The position numbers and the translations under genes were made by a program. Shown here piece after piece: positions 1-14,502 of a DNA stretch of 64,000 nucleotides. This stretch comes from Flaccisagitta enflata (Eukaryota). Below the pieces are notes generated by a model that saw nothing but the letters and a program-made list of their open reading frames with translations, was not told the DNA's origin and did no database searches. The stretch lies in NCBI GenBank assembly GCA_965153355.1, contig OZ231126.1, forward strand, positions 19,530,001 to 19,594,000, written 5' to 3'. Within the stretch, counting starts at the first letter, position 1; every line of letters starts with the position of its first letter.

Positions 1-184
1 CGGTCCGTCCGTCGGACCATCGGTCTGTCCGTCGGTCCGTCCGTTGGTCCGTCCATCGATCCGTCACACTTTACTTTTTTTTGGATTTTTGGCTTCACTG
101 CTCCTGCCCAAATGATCTGGTGACCTCAATTACGGCCCCTGCCCACCCGCACGCGACTGGGGTAGCCGTGTATCCGGCCTTGTT
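1..184 (+). mobile_element. Non-autonomous Helentron/DINE-1-like element (HINE), partial
   Basis: GTCC/GTCG microsatellite core, 3' subterminal GCACGCGACT, and terminal hairpin GCCGTGTATCCGGC followed by CTTGTT. Confidence 0.65.
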
Positions 185-260
185 TTCTTCCCTAATAAGT
201 ATCATTCTTTCCCTTCTCTCATGTGTGTGTGTGTGTATTTATGTATGTGTGTGTGTGTTT

Positions 261-391
<131 letters not shown>

Positions 392-1098
392 TCCTACATG
401 TAATGCCCCAAGACCACGCCATGAACTAGATCCTATGTGAAAATGATAAAATTTTGTCTGTCACTGGAGTCAAAAATCGCGCCCTCGCCAGTAAGGAAAA
501 TATATTTTCCCTTTTAATACGCAGTGATTTACAACGTTTTCTTTTTTCCTTGTTGTAAAGGTGAACCTTGACACGTGAGTCGTATTAAAGCAAACGTGGC
601 AGGTTTAAACCATAACATGGCTTTAATACAAAAAAAGACTAGACGATGGAAACACTAAAAAACGGGATGCAAGAAGACGTCGGACAAATATGCAAATAGC
701 ATGTTAAAACGCAATAAACTTGAGATACGGAGACGGATAAACAGACATTAAAAGACATAAAGATTGGTCGATGGGCGGACCGAGGTCCGACAGTAAGACT
801 GAAAAAATACCGGGAGGTGGACAGATAAAGAGCCAGACAGACAGAGAGACACGTTCGGATGGTTTGACAAACAGACAGACAAATATTAGAGGCACAGAAA
901 AAAGATCCAACAGACTGACAAACAAGCCCTCTTCAAACCGCGGCCATCAAAATCCGAAGCCGCGCCGAGTGTGAGGCTGTCAAGTAAAAGTAAAGAGGGA
1001 GAGGCTGTCAAGAGGGAGAAGCTAGAAGAGCCTCTCGGCTTTTAAATTCTTTTAGATTCGGATTTCCGCATCAGAAATTTGATCATCGATCGTGAATT

Positions 1099-1180
<82 letters not shown>

Positions 1181-1222
1181 TTACGGCGGATGAAACATCG
1201 TTAAAGAGATGGTGCGTCATTT

Positions 1223-1301
<79 letters not shown>

Positions 1302-1624
1302 TGTCTCACCGTCTGTTCCACATTAAGACCGCGCCACCATCCTTGGATCCCCGAATTGGATATTGCTGTTTATTCCAGTCAACACGGCCTTGTTGACCCC
1401 CACCCAAATCACGTTCTATCAATTAAAACACATAACACCAGCTAGCCGAAATTCATCCACCACTCATTCACAATACTCGCTGTGCCATATCTATCTCTCC
1501 CCCAACCCCTCTCCATCATACATAGTGCCCTCCAAACAAAATTCATCTCCCTTAGCTCCCTTACGATGGGACTATTTGCGTGGTTATCTCGTTTTGACCG
1601 TCGCCTTCGGCTTTGGCTTATCCC

Positions 1625-2168
1625 GTCCGGACGCGACGTGTTCAGGTGTGTCAATATGCAAAATGTTTTTTGATGAGACCATCAACATCAGACAATATTG
1701 AGTAATGAATTTTAAGACCTTTAGCATTTTTATTTTGTTAAATTTCATTCATCTTTCATTTTTTTCAAAACCCCTTTCTAGCCGCTATTTTGTATATTGC
1801 TGTGTTAATGATTCTGTATCAGCAATATCCTCAGGAATGTAATCAAGTTTACATATATAAATATCTTAGAGCTAATTCTAGTTGTAACTGAGATAATTTT
1901 GTTCATTTATCACCAAATCTATTGAAAAAGACAAAAACTAATTTTTTCTGTAGAAATTATGAGTCTTATTTTCACCAAATCTAGATGCAGATGCTGGAAG
2001 TATATATATTTTTGTCGATCTTTTCTTGCGCTAAAAAAACGGAAGATGAATAAAATTTGAAAAAACAAAAACACTAAAAGTCTTAGAATTTTTTTGTTTA
2101 CATTTCCTAATGTGGATGATCTGATCAAAAATACTTGTGCATATTGACACACCCGAGCGACGTGTCCA
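1625..2168. mobile_element. Degenerate foldback (inverted-repeat) element
   Basis: GGTGTGTCAATATGCAAAATGTTTTTTGAT at about 1645 is mirrored by ATCAAAAATACTTGTGCATATTGACACACC at about 2125-2153. A related end occurs at about 30935. Confidence 0.5.
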
Positions 2169-2420
2169 TCTCCAAGGTCCTCGTCAAAAAATTGTCGTCG
2201 CGCTCTGACACCTTGTTGAAGCCATTGTAGGCGTGATGTGGACAATGTGGCGCAAGAAGGGAGGGAGGATAGAAGGGAGGGTAAGGTTCACAGTGGAGGA
2301 AGATTGGATATGTTGGGTTATGGACCACTGAGGAGAGAAGGGTCGCTAAATGTTAATGAAGGTCGTCTCGTCGCGTCAGCCGCTAATTCAAATTTTAACT
2401 CTGAATCTTAACGATCGATA

Positions 2421-2451
<31 letters not shown>

Positions 2452-2624
2452 GCACGCCCGCCCGCCCGCCCGCCCTCTCGCCTCGCTCTCGCCTCGTCCT
2501 TTTCCCACTTCTCGTCTGCCTGCCCTCTCTCTCTCGCCCTCTCTTTCTCGACCTCGCCTTCTCGCCCCTTCGCTCTCTCACCCACTGCCTTCTCTCTCGC
2601 CTCTCTCTCGCCATCTCTCTTCTC

Positions 2625-2685
<61 letters not shown>

Positions 2686-3069
2686 ACAAGGCCAGATGTA
2701 TATAAAGCCCTTAGAAGCATAGAGATGGTCAAGTGCGGTGAGTACAAAAAAAATCAGCTTACCGAACGTCAGATCGACGGACCGACCGATAAAGCAACCC
2801 GTGGGTTGCGACCAAAGAGAGAGAGACGAATGTTTTTGATGAATAACCCCCGGTTACATGGTTGAAATCTCAGTCTCCAACTCTCCATCTCACTGAACAC
2901 TGAGGGTTACTGCGGGCCGTAACACTCCGATATCGTTTGCTCTCAAATGGGATATATCCCCTCAAAGCCTCAATGCCATCACCTTGGCCAGGTCAGGCGG
3001 CGCTGTTACCTCATGATATCCACCTCTCTCATGAATTGGACAACATATCATTACAAAATAATAAATGAA

Positions 3070-3141
<72 letters not shown>

Positions 3142-3526
3142 CATTGATGTCACCTAGGCCGAGCCGCCTTAGGCTGGCAGTCGGTCATTTATTGGTATCA
3201 CCCTCCATCACCACACCAACAACTCCCACCCTGAAGGGAAATAAGTCCCTAACGACACTTTATCACACTCAAGCCACCTGTACATCACCTGGGCCGAGCC
3301 GCCTTAGGCTGGTAGACGGTCATCCTCCGTCACCTGGGCCGAGCCGCGCGGTGATGTCACCTATTGATATTACCATCTCTCATCACTGCTTCCACCTGGG
3401 CCGGGGCGCGCGACGCGTTGAGTCCTTTTCACCTTCTTTTCATAAGGAGGCAAATGTCGTCGGATTTTTGTACGTGAAATATTAGAGCCATGAATCAAAA
3501 CCAAAAGTGCCTCCCGTTAAAAAAGA

Positions 3527-3599
<73 letters not shown>

Positions 3600-3609
3600 A
3601 GAGAAAGAG

Positions 3610-3660
<51 letters not shown>

Positions 3661-3696
3661 AATAACGGAAGAACAAAAAGAGGAGGAAAAGGAGAA

Positions 3697-3909
3697 ACAA
3701 GGCCAACACCTTACAGTCGCGTGCGGTTGTTAAAACCATAAGACCAAAAGAGCAAAAAACTACTTAAAATGACTTAAAATGACGTAAAAGGAAAAAAAAA
3801 GCTAAGCGTGACTTACGGACCGACGGACAGACAGACAGACGGACAGACAGACAGACGGACCGACAGACGGACAGAGCGGGTCATAGAGTCGCGTGCACGC
3901 GACTAAAAA
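3697..3909 (-). mobile_element. HINE-like element
   Basis: ACAAGGCC end, AAATGACTTA repeats, GACA/GACG core, palindromic end AGTCGCGTGCACGCGACTAAAA. A near-identical family member lies at 27454-27752. Confidence 0.7.
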
Positions 3910-4076
3910 GATCGGTTGGAAGGAAGAAAGAAGGGAAGAGAGAAAGCAAAAAAGGCCGAAGCCGTAAGATGAGGACAACACCGCCACCGGTGAAGAAGTG
4001 CCGCAGGGTAAATACTCACACAAACACACACGTACTGTCGTTCAAAATTCTGCGTTCCTCTTCTCTTTCGCTGATT

Positions 4077-4181
<105 letters not shown>

Positions 4182-4220
4182 CACACTTCACACACTCGCA
4201 CGCACACACACACTCGCACG

Positions 4221-4324
<104 letters not shown>

Positions 4325-5047
4325 TTAACAAGGAGACAGAAGGACAGAAAGACAGCAGCCGAGAAAGACTTGATTTTCCCCATCCCCCTCGATTTGTTTT
4401 ATCTGCTCATTGTTTTAAACCTCTCAGTTTATGACTTACAAGTTTTTTTTTAGTTTCTTATTTCGCCAAAGATGTAATGGAGAGAGTCTTGCGGTCTAAT
4501 CTCAAGCAGGTGGTCTGGGGCTTCTGTAGTTCGTGAGAGGGCATTTCCATTTTTTTCCTGGTCTGAGTCACGGAGATGATTCGGCGGTGATGAATCATTG
4601 AGCTGTAAAGCTACGAGGGGAAAAAACAAAGGCATGGATTTGAAAGTTTTGGAAATCCCAAATGCTACCATCCAACTCCTATGTGTGTAGACAGAATATT
4701 ACGAGAAAAAAAAAGATATTTACGACGTAGTTGTTAAATGATGCATGATGTGCGTGCTGACGTCTGGGATTCATACATGTTGTGTTTAATCCAGACATAG
4801 GGTTTAAAAGAAGAAGAAGAAGAAGAGGAAGAAGATATAGAATTCATAGAGGAGAAAAGAGAAGATATGCGTTTTTTGGTCAGCGAACTCGTTACGCTAA
4901 AGAAGGTATGGAAATTGATTTTTTTAGTTCTTCTGACCCCAAGGAGCCAATGCCCATGCTTTCATAATATACAATTTTTTCATCCCCCTCCTTCTTCTTT
5001 TCTCTGACCAGCCTGGGTGTTCAAATCTCAGCCTTTGGTCAAATCCC

Positions 5048-5992
5048 AAAAGGGCTTAGGTCCGTATACCTCTGATCTGGGGGCTAGGACCCCGATCCCA
5101 ACCCCAAGGCTCATATTCCAGAGCAATTTTCAGATTTGGAATATTTTGAATAGTTTAAGAGGAATCAGCTTTTAATCTCCCCCAAACGGGGCCGCTGCCC
5201 AAAAAGGGAAAGAGAAAGAGAAAGACACAAAAAGAAAAGGAGAAGAGAAAGAAGAAAAATTTAAAGAAGTGGCACATGAAAAAGAACAAGTGATGCGGGG
5301 TCACAATATGGTTGCGGACGGGTGGGCACTGGGCAGGGGCATACGACCCCCTTCCATACCCTCCCCCACCCCACGCTCACTCACACAGAAAATCATAACT
5401 GCAGGAAAAAAATGCACGTTTTTACTCTTTTTGACTCAATCATCACGGACCGATGCACAGACCAACGGCCCGATGGACGGACAAAGCCTCTTATTGAGTT
5501 GCGTGACAACAATTAGAAAGAACAAGGCCAAGTAGGCCAACGATGCGTCCTCTTTGAATGAACGTTTTTATGAATGAATGTTTTTTATGAAGGAATGTCA
5601 TTTGTGAATGAATGAATGATTGAATGAATGAATTACTTGATGTATGCTTCTTTTACTGGGGTAGAACCACTTTTCTGTTGAAAAAATGCTTGATTTTGAT
5701 GTTTTTAATGAATGCATTACCGACTGACCGACCGAGCAACCGACCAACCAACCAACCGACCAACCGACCAACCGACCAACGGACACAGCCTATTATAGAG
5801 ATGCAAGGACGCATCTAAAAAGAAGAACATGATACAGGGTGAACAACATCGTTTGGGGGAGCTTAAAAGCTGATTCCTCTTAAACTATTCAATATATTTT
5901 AAATCTGAAAATTGCTCTCAGTTATAGCCCATGAGAGTGTAATCGGGGTCCTAGCCCCCATATCAGAGGTAATACGACGACCTAAGCCCTTT
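5048..5992. repeat. Inverted repeat pair of about 140 bp (5048-5188 / 5850-5992) enclosing two HINE-like elements
   Basis: AAGGGCTTAGGTC..CTAGGACCCCGAT..GAATAGTTTAAGAGGAATCAGCTTTTAA..CCCCCAAACG recurs as its reverse complement. Confidence 0.7.
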
Positions 5993-6457
5993 TGCTAGAT
6001 GTTTGACACAAGAAAACTGCATTTTAACAAAAACCCAGGCTGCTCAAGACTGATTAAGTCAAGGTGTGCGTGCGTCCGGATGACTCAAAAATTGTATAAT
6101 ATAAACATGGGCCGTTTTCAACTGAGGGGTGAGAAGAGGTAAAAAAATGGATTTCTAAAGTTCAATAGAAAAAAAAATAATTCTTTAAACCTAAAGAAAC
6201 TAGAACATATCAATGGGCAACTGCATTTTAAAACATCTAAGATTAATCTTTTTGCTTTGAAATTTAGTCCTACGCGCTGATATACCAAAATTGTGATTCA
6301 CTGCAATATGCAAATGAGCTTTTTGTCAATAACTATTGAACCAAAGGATTTGAATTTAATTACGGTTTGGATAACTTTTTGGGCTAACTATGTCTCCCTC
6401 ATATGGGTAAGTGAACATATTTATATGCGTTTGTGAGGAAGGCATCTCTATAAGAGG

Positions 6458-6488
<31 letters not shown>

Positions 6489-6607
6489 CATCTGTCGGCC
6501 TTAAAGATAGCAGATTTTGGGACTTTTTAGCCGCAGGATGCCTTGTAATAAACCACACAGAAAACATACTTTGTTGTGAGAGACTCTTTTTATACTCTCC
6601 TTTTAGC

Positions 6608-6640
<33 letters not shown>

Positions 6641-9600
6641 GCTCATCTATCCCTCTATATATCTCACATGTCAACCACCAAGGTCAATACGCATAGAGAC
6701 ACAGTCAGGATGCATCATTGCTAGGTTGGGCTTGTTTTCCTTTCAACAATATGCTCACAAATCTTTACAAAATGACTGGTTAATCAGAGTGTCTGTCCAG
6801 CAATAACATTCATAGGAAAACTAATAAGGAGTTGCTAACGATATCTATATCATCAGGCCTGATTTTTGCAGTCTTTCTGACTGGGCTCGCTCATCCCAAT
6901 TTAACAGAGCAAAAGGAGTCTGAAAAAATGCTTTGCCGGAGTTCCAGATCATATGAACCTTGATTTGTCTCTGATTTGCTCTCATTTTTAATCAGATGAT
7001 TCAGTAAGTGAAATGGTCTAGAAGACTGACTAACAAATTTTCTTTCAGCATCTTGAGTGCCACAAATACATCTTCAGGAGAGGGAGTTTATCGGGTTTGC
7101 AAAACATGATAGCCCAACAGCAAAACAAAGCAGCATGCTTGTAGGCTTGCCCGGAAATCAGGCCTGTACCTCTTAATGTGTATTTTAAGAAATTAATACC
7201 ATGTTTATTGGTGTGTCATAAGCAGAGAAAGCTCAAAGCATGCTGATAGCAGGACAACAATTATCCCTCTAGATGGGTTTGCAGGGACAACTATACATAC
7301 CCTAAGACTTTTCGACTTGAGCGTTACATACTGAGATACAACCCATGTGTCCAATCAGGCTCCTAGCCTCCATTTAAGAGGTGGTATAACAACTATGGCC
7401 ATTTGACTGTTTGTCACAAAACAAGGCCGCATACACGGAACCACAGTCATGGATGGTTGGACAGGGGGCAATAATGCAAAAAAAGGTGCTGCATTTCAAA
7501 AATGTCACAGACCTAGAGTTGGACAGATGGACCGGAACAGCAAAGCATAGTCACACGTCCGCAACTAAAAACTGAATTTACTAAAAACTAGGTTGTACAA
7601 GTCTGATTTAGTTTCTCCTTTGTTCAGTGTAGGATCTCAACATGGCCAAAACAGCCGAGAAACGCGTTTTTTGCACAGGTATGCGACGGACGGACCACGG
7701 AGACTTGAGAGGATCGGATGGGACGGACGACGGACAGATTGACCGACGGACGGACGGACAGACCCTCTTATAGAGATGCGTTCCTGACGGACGCATCTAA
7801 AAAAGGTGCTGCATTTCAAAAATGTCACAAACCTAGAGTGGGACAGATGGACCGGAACAGCAAAGAGTAGTCACACTTCCGCAACTAAAAACTGAATTTA
7901 CTAAAAACTAGGTTGTACAAGTCTGATTTAGTTTCTCCTTTGGTCTGTCACCCCTGAGCTGAAAAGTCTTAAGAACTTCTACAGATGTGTGTGTGGGTTG
8001 GGGGTAGGAGGGGTTGCATGCACTTGCCCTGCCATCTGCAGCAAAATTGCAACTGCGTTACTTATCATTTCAAGACTGAGTCAGGATCAAGACCGACATG
8101 GGTACGAAATAAAAACTAAAGATTTTTTTACTTCTTCCATCATTCAAATATGAAAAATCTTCCATATAAAGGCTTTTTTTTGTGTAAGTTGGACAACATT
8201 ACTACTCAACCCTATCTAAGTAAAGGACAAGAGCCGTGTTTAATTCGGACCCACACTGGGTAATCTGGGATGAGATTAAACCCTGGGGGTTTCTTGGGGT
8301 TTCTGGGGGTTGCTCAGGTTGAACCCTGATTCAACCTCAAGCAACCAAAGCTTGGGGTTTGCTAGGGGTAGCTCGAGATTTGACAGAAATCCTTTACTTA
8401 CTAGTCATCAAAGTATTGCACTTGGTCAGCGGTGCGGGATGCCCTGCTTGGAGTAATCAAGTGAAGTAGTGGAGTGAGAGCAGTGCAGCGGCCCCAAAGG
8501 GCTGATGTCCTGTAGGACACAGGGGTGAATTTCCAAACATTCTGAGGGGGAATGTATCAGGCCTGAGAAGAGTTATTGAGGTTTTTGAAGGCGGATTTGA
8601 TGTCTGGAGGGCAGATTTCAGGCCTTGAGGGCTGATCAAAGGTCTGAGGGGTGGGCTTGAGGCCTAGAGAACAGATTTGAGGCCTGGAGGGCTGATTTGA
8701 GGTATGGAGGGCAGATTTGCGGTTTGAAGAGCAAATTTGAGGGCTAAGTTTAATGCTGATTTTGGGCCCCAATGGCTAATGAAGGGGGGATGTACAGCCT
8801 CAAATCAGGCCTCTCAAGCCTTTCAGGCCTCAAATAAGGCCTCTCAAGCCTCATATCTGCCCTCTCAGACCTTCTGTATGCCCTCTCAGACCTCAAATAC
8901 GCCAACTCAGGCATGAATTCAGCCCTGTCAGCCTTCAGAACAGCCCAGCCATCTTTATCAGCTCATTAACAAGCATTCATCTCTCTCTCTCTCTCTCTTC
9001 CTCTCTTGCGCGCATAACATGCTGACTAGCCTTAACGCAGGAATAAAATGTAAAGGACGCATCAAAAGGTCACATTTTGGCCTTGTTTTTACCCAAGTAG
9101 GGCCAAAAATGCTTGATGGGGGCAATGAATGAGGCGGTAGGTGGTCAAGATATTCATCTTAAACCATTTTTTATTTCAGAATTAACTCTCCTGCCGCAGA
9201 GCTACTAAAACGGCTCGTGGAACCGCCACTACTATCTCATTAAGTGGTTTTTTTACCAAAAAAATCTTCAAAAAAGCCCAAAAATGCTCGATCGGGGCCC
9301 TAGAATGGCGAATTTGAACAGAATAATGATTTTAGAAAATTTTTCATGGCAGATTCGGATTCCTCACCCTAAAATCAGTAAAATTGATCATTCACTTGCC
9401 ACTACTGCTTCACCAAGTGGCTTTTCTTACCCAATTAGGCCAAAATTGCCCTCGTATAATTGAAGATGAAAATTTCGGTAACACCCCTGACACAAATTGC
9501 GTCTGAGCACCCTGGAATCAGTCAAATATGCACTTATTTTGCTATAAATAGTCAGTCAATACATCAATGCTGCTTATTCACCTCTGATATGGGTGTTACA

Positions 9601-10185
9601 ACCTGCATGGGTGGAGGCTATGACTCAGGGGGAATTGTCTGACATTTTTAGTCGCGTGCCACTTTTCGGTCCATCCGTCCACCCACCTGTCTGTTCGTCC
9701 AGCCGTCCATTGGTCAGTCTGTCTGTCACAAAGTCGGTTTAAAGGCTTTTTATCACATTTTTCATGTCTTTGAATAGTGGAGAAGACGCTTGGAGTATTA
9801 AATACACTCATTTGTTTTTATAAGAACATATAATTTTTTTCTGAGGCTCAGTGTTCTTATTTTTAAGTTAATTTGGGGCTCAAATTGTTCTTACGGTGTT
9901 CTTATTTTTCGAATTGCCAGCCAGAGCTAAAATGTCATACCCTCGGGTGATTTTTTGAGTTTTGGTTAATTAGGTTACAGTCATTGCCCTTGATTGTTTT
10001 GGTCTGTAAGAATTAAGAAATTAAAGCAGAAGATGTGACCAAGATTGTCACAGTTTTTTCCATCCACAAAAAAGATTTTTGATTCTTAATTCAAATGTAA
10101 AATACCATTGCAGCATAATATTGAATGGAACAACAAAAGAAATATTCATGTTGCTTCAATTTGAGACCAAGAAGATAATTCTGTA

Positions 10186-10730
10186 CAGTAGATCTCATCT
10201 AGACTTGAGATAACGGGGTCAAGCATTGTAGAAAAACAAATAAAGCTAAGGGAGTGATACTTGAAATTTAGACTAATAAAGAGATGTTTTATTGCCCATG
10301 ATAGCTGGTTGCCATGGAAATGCATTTCTATGTATTTTCGCTAAAATATCAATATTTTGATAATTTTTTTGAGGGAACATTTTGCTACAACTTTCCCACA
10401 GTTTGTTCTGTAAAAATGTCGTTCGTTTAGTGCTAGGGGTTGTCACACATGGATACACTCCTTAGCAACGGCCAAAAAAGTGACATTCTTACAGGACATA
10501 CTGTGGGAAAGTTGTAGCAAATTTGATTTTAAGCAATATTCCCTAAAAAAATCTCTGAAAATATTGATATATTACTGAGAATACATGGAAATGTGTTTCC
10601 ATGGCAACCAGCTATCATGGGGAATTAAGCATCCTTTGATTAGTCCAGGATCCAAATATCGCTCCTCTAGCTTCATGTGTTTTTCCACAATGCTTGCCCC
10701 CTTTATCTTGAGTCTTGATGAGATCTACTG
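10186..10730. mobile_element. Foldback MITE with TA TSD (Tc1/mariner-like)
   Basis: TA|CAGTAGATCTCATC ... GATGAGATCTACTG|TA, with long internal inverted repeats. Confidence 0.8.
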
Positions 10731-11077
10731 TATCCATTTTTTGAGAATTTGTAGATGAAAGAGTGAAAAAAACACCATATTCATTGTTCAAGTTTCAAAG
10801 AAATCATGTCTTAACTTCTTTTCCCCCACTAGAGCTAGTTCACCGTGTAACAAAAGCGAGCGAATCATCACTGTCGAAGTGGCGGAGTCTCTGGGTTCTG
10901 TATATAAGGACATTCACGCTAGAGCCGTTCTTGTCGATTCTAGAGTGGGATTTTAGGAGAAATAATGTTTTCAGACGGGGAGTGTGGGATATCGTGCTTC
11001 ATGAGGTCAAATGCCTACGATGAACACTGTCACAGAAACTCTGCGCTCGCCTTGAATCAGAATCGGTTACTTGTCTA

Positions 11078-11330
11078 TAACAAGTGACGCGGGGTCACAA
11101 TATCGTTGCGGACGGGTGGGCAGGAGCATCCGACCCCCATCCACACCCCATGCCCCCCAACCAATCCACATATCCAAAAAAGCATCCAAAACGCTCGTTT
11201 TTCCACTTTTTGACTCATGGGTTACGGACGGACGGATGGACGGACGGACCGTCGGATGGACGGACGGACGGACCGTCGGACGGACGGACGGACGAAGCCT
11301 CTGATAGAGTTGCGTGTCCGCAACCAAAAA
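11078..11330 (-). mobile_element. HINE-like element
   Basis: ACAAGTGACGCGGGGTCACAATATCGTTGCGGAC ... (GACG)n ... AGTTGCGTGTCCGCAAC. Same subfamily as 5285-5515 and 41331-44500. Confidence 0.7.
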
Positions 11331-12458
11331 CCTTGGAAATTTTCGGTAAAGATTATAATTCGCAGTTACTTGCCTCAGAATTATGGGTAGGTACTCAATT
11401 ATTTCTGTCTTTGAGCAAAAAATATTATTAGATGAATGAATATCATTATCAATCTGCCATTATTACAATTTACGTGATTATCATCATTCCTAATCGTTGA
11501 AGTGAATTTTTTTTCTCTACAATATGCAAAAAAGAATAAATCGTTGTCCGCATTCTCAGTACTTAATTGACTATTGAGTGATTGGCCCGCGCGATGTGTC
11601 CCTATCGCCTGGGTGACTTTACCTTTGTTGGACAATCGGTTCGTCATTCCAGAAATTGGTCAATCCGTTAATCAAGTTTGGCCATGACGCCTTCATTTTT
11701 GTTGAGCATTTGAGAATAACTTTTGTTAATGTCCGACCTGATGCCTTTCATTTTTAATGCGTCCGCCAGGAACGTATCTCTATAAAAGGGTTCATCGGTC
11801 CGTCCGTCCGTTCGTCCGTCCGTCCGTTACACTTCCTTAAAAATCGAAGTTTTCATCACTTTTCAGCCGCGGTGATGTTATGTATCAAATCAAACACTCT
11901 TTGGTATGCTCTGAGGTCGTTTTATCAGTCTGTCCGTCCTTCTTTCTGTCCTACCATATATCTGACATGTCTATCTCCAAAGTCAATACACGCATGAACA
12001 CAGTCAGGACGCATCTTTGCCCGGTCGGGCTTGTTCATGGTACATGTAACTAGTAAAACGCAAAAGATCGAACTGGATAATGAATTTTGGGTGGTTGATA
12101 GTTTTCAACCATCTCGTGATAAGTTTTAATTGTAAACTTCAATATCGGACTGTCAAACAATTTGCTAATTGCGTCGCCTAAATTCATCCGCCTTTAATCG
12201 CTTTCGCTCTCGATTCAATTACACTTTCCGACAAATACATAATTTTATCTCGTCCTTCTGTTGGCTTGTCAGTCAGTCAGTCAGTCTTTCATGAGGTTTC
12301 ATCTGACTGTCCAATGATTCACATGCAGATTGCCCATTCAAACGGTTACATAAAATTATGGATTGTTGACCACTGATTTCTTATCTAAAACTCCCCTTAA
12401 ATGGTCAGTGCATATTAGTTTTTAAGCAAAGAATAACAATCACAGGATACGGGGATTT

Positions 12459-12607
12459 TTTAGTAGCGGACACGCGTCTTTACACCTTCCTTGCCGTGTC
12501 GATTGGTATGTCGGTCCGTCCGTCTCATTTTTTAATTCTGAGCGGTTTCGGCATTACTGGTCCTGCCCAACCGTCCGCGGCTGGATTGCTGTGTATCCGG
12601 CCTTGTT
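12459..12607 (+). mobile_element. HINE-like element
   Basis: TTTTAGTAGCGGACACGCG ... GTCC core ... GTGTATCCGGCCTTGTT. Confidence 0.6.
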
Positions 12608-14395
12608 TCAAGTAGAGAACAACACCAAACTTTAACTTGTTTATTTGAGCCATTAGGCTCGATACAAAACGGGATCAAAGGCTATTAGCCTTATAACGCA
12701 GGCCGGTTTCCTGACCTCTCCTGAACAGATTTTGATATTTATCTTGATGTCCGCCTATTTTCTCAAAATTGGTTTATGTGAGTCTATTAAAGATACTTTG
12801 TGTCCTGTCAATTTGTTACTGACGATATAATTGGCTAAGGAACGTGCCTTTATGCAACTCTATTTTCCGCAATGTCGATCCACCGGTCCGTCTGTAACAC
12901 ATTAGAGAATTTCCTTTCATGTTCTCTAGCAGTTCCACTTGAAGATCACGAAAATTTACAGCAAGGGACTACCATTGATTACCGTTGATTTCAACCTCCT
13001 GACAAGTAAAAAAAATCAAAACGCTCTTGTGGGCCTGCTTTGAAGTTGCTCAGTACTATCTAGCTCAAAAGTATAGACACAAGAAGAGCATTGATTAATT
13101 TATTCAATAAAAAATATGTAATATAATTTTGGAATGTGTTTAATACTTGCTGTGTCCTCTCTGGACATTAACAACCGCCTTCATATGCCTTGGCATGCTT
13201 TTGTAGAGAGATTTGAGGTAAGTTGGTGAGATCTTCCCTAGATTATTTCGATTCTTTTTTAAGCATTGCAGTTATGTTGTGTATTCTTTGCTTTGACGCT
13301 TCTTTATTCAAAACCAAAGCGATTCAATGAGATTTTGATTGGGGATGTTTCTAGGCTAATCACTAAAGGGGTTGACGCCCAGTTTGATGTGCCATTACCT
13401 CGTTGTAGTGGCACAATATATCAGAGCACCACCTTCTATCAACAAACTGCAATGTTTTTGCCATTTTTGATTTGGAGTAGCAATCTTGTTTCATCTGTCA
13501 TTTCTAAACGCTTAGACTTGGAAGAATGCGGTTGGTGCCATTTGATCAAAAATTTGATCTAGTTTCTGAATCTCATAAATTTTTTTATCATTTCTTTATT
13601 CTGAGTGAAGATATTGCCCAAAACGCGTGTGTCTTTACTTTTGAGCTAGATAGTATATCACAATTTTTGAATAAAAAAAAGTTGTTTTGCACTCATGGAC
13701 GCATGATGCATGATGTCACACCTGTTCGATCGACTTGCTTGCATTTGGATAGGTCTGGTAGACATAGGGATAGGTCTAAGAAATGATAACGCCAGGCGCA
13801 CCGTCTTGGCCCGTGTATCCGGCCTTGTTATTTTCACATTGCTTATCCCATGATAAATAAACGATAGCAAATTTAAACTTTACGAAACCTCCAAAAATCT
13901 TTTTCAACGCTGAGACCACAAAGCCACAGTAATCACCATAGAGACGACTGAAGAAAACATCGAAAAATTCCAACCATCAACATTTTTTTTGGGGGGGGGG
14001 GGCTTGTAAATGAGTTCTCTCATTTTCCTCTTTCTTCTTTCTTATCCCTTCTTTCTTTTCTTTATCTTTCTTCTTTCTTCTTTCTTATTTCTGCTTCTTC
14101 TTTCTTCTTCTTTTATTCTTTTCTTTTCTTCTGTTTTTTTCTTTCTTTCTTTCTTTCTTCTTTCTTTCTTTCTTTCATTCCTTCAATCTCGCGTGCCTTT
14201 TAAAATCTTTCTCATCATCTTTCTTTATAAAGCTAAGTCATAACCGAATACCTGTTGGTTACATTAAACATCATCGATTGTTGTTATTGATTTTTCCGGG
14301 AATATCAGTTGGAAAAAACGCGTTTCTGATTCGCCTAACAAACATGAAGTCGCGATGCAATGACACAATGTTCCTGCGCCAATGAAATGACTGTT

Positions 14396-14502
<107 letters not shown>

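Noticed and set aside
10830-11690. Coding-looking patches (SGILGEIMF.., PIAWVTLPLLDN)
   Set aside because: Stops adjacent to the candidate splice sites, no coherent model and no recognisable family.
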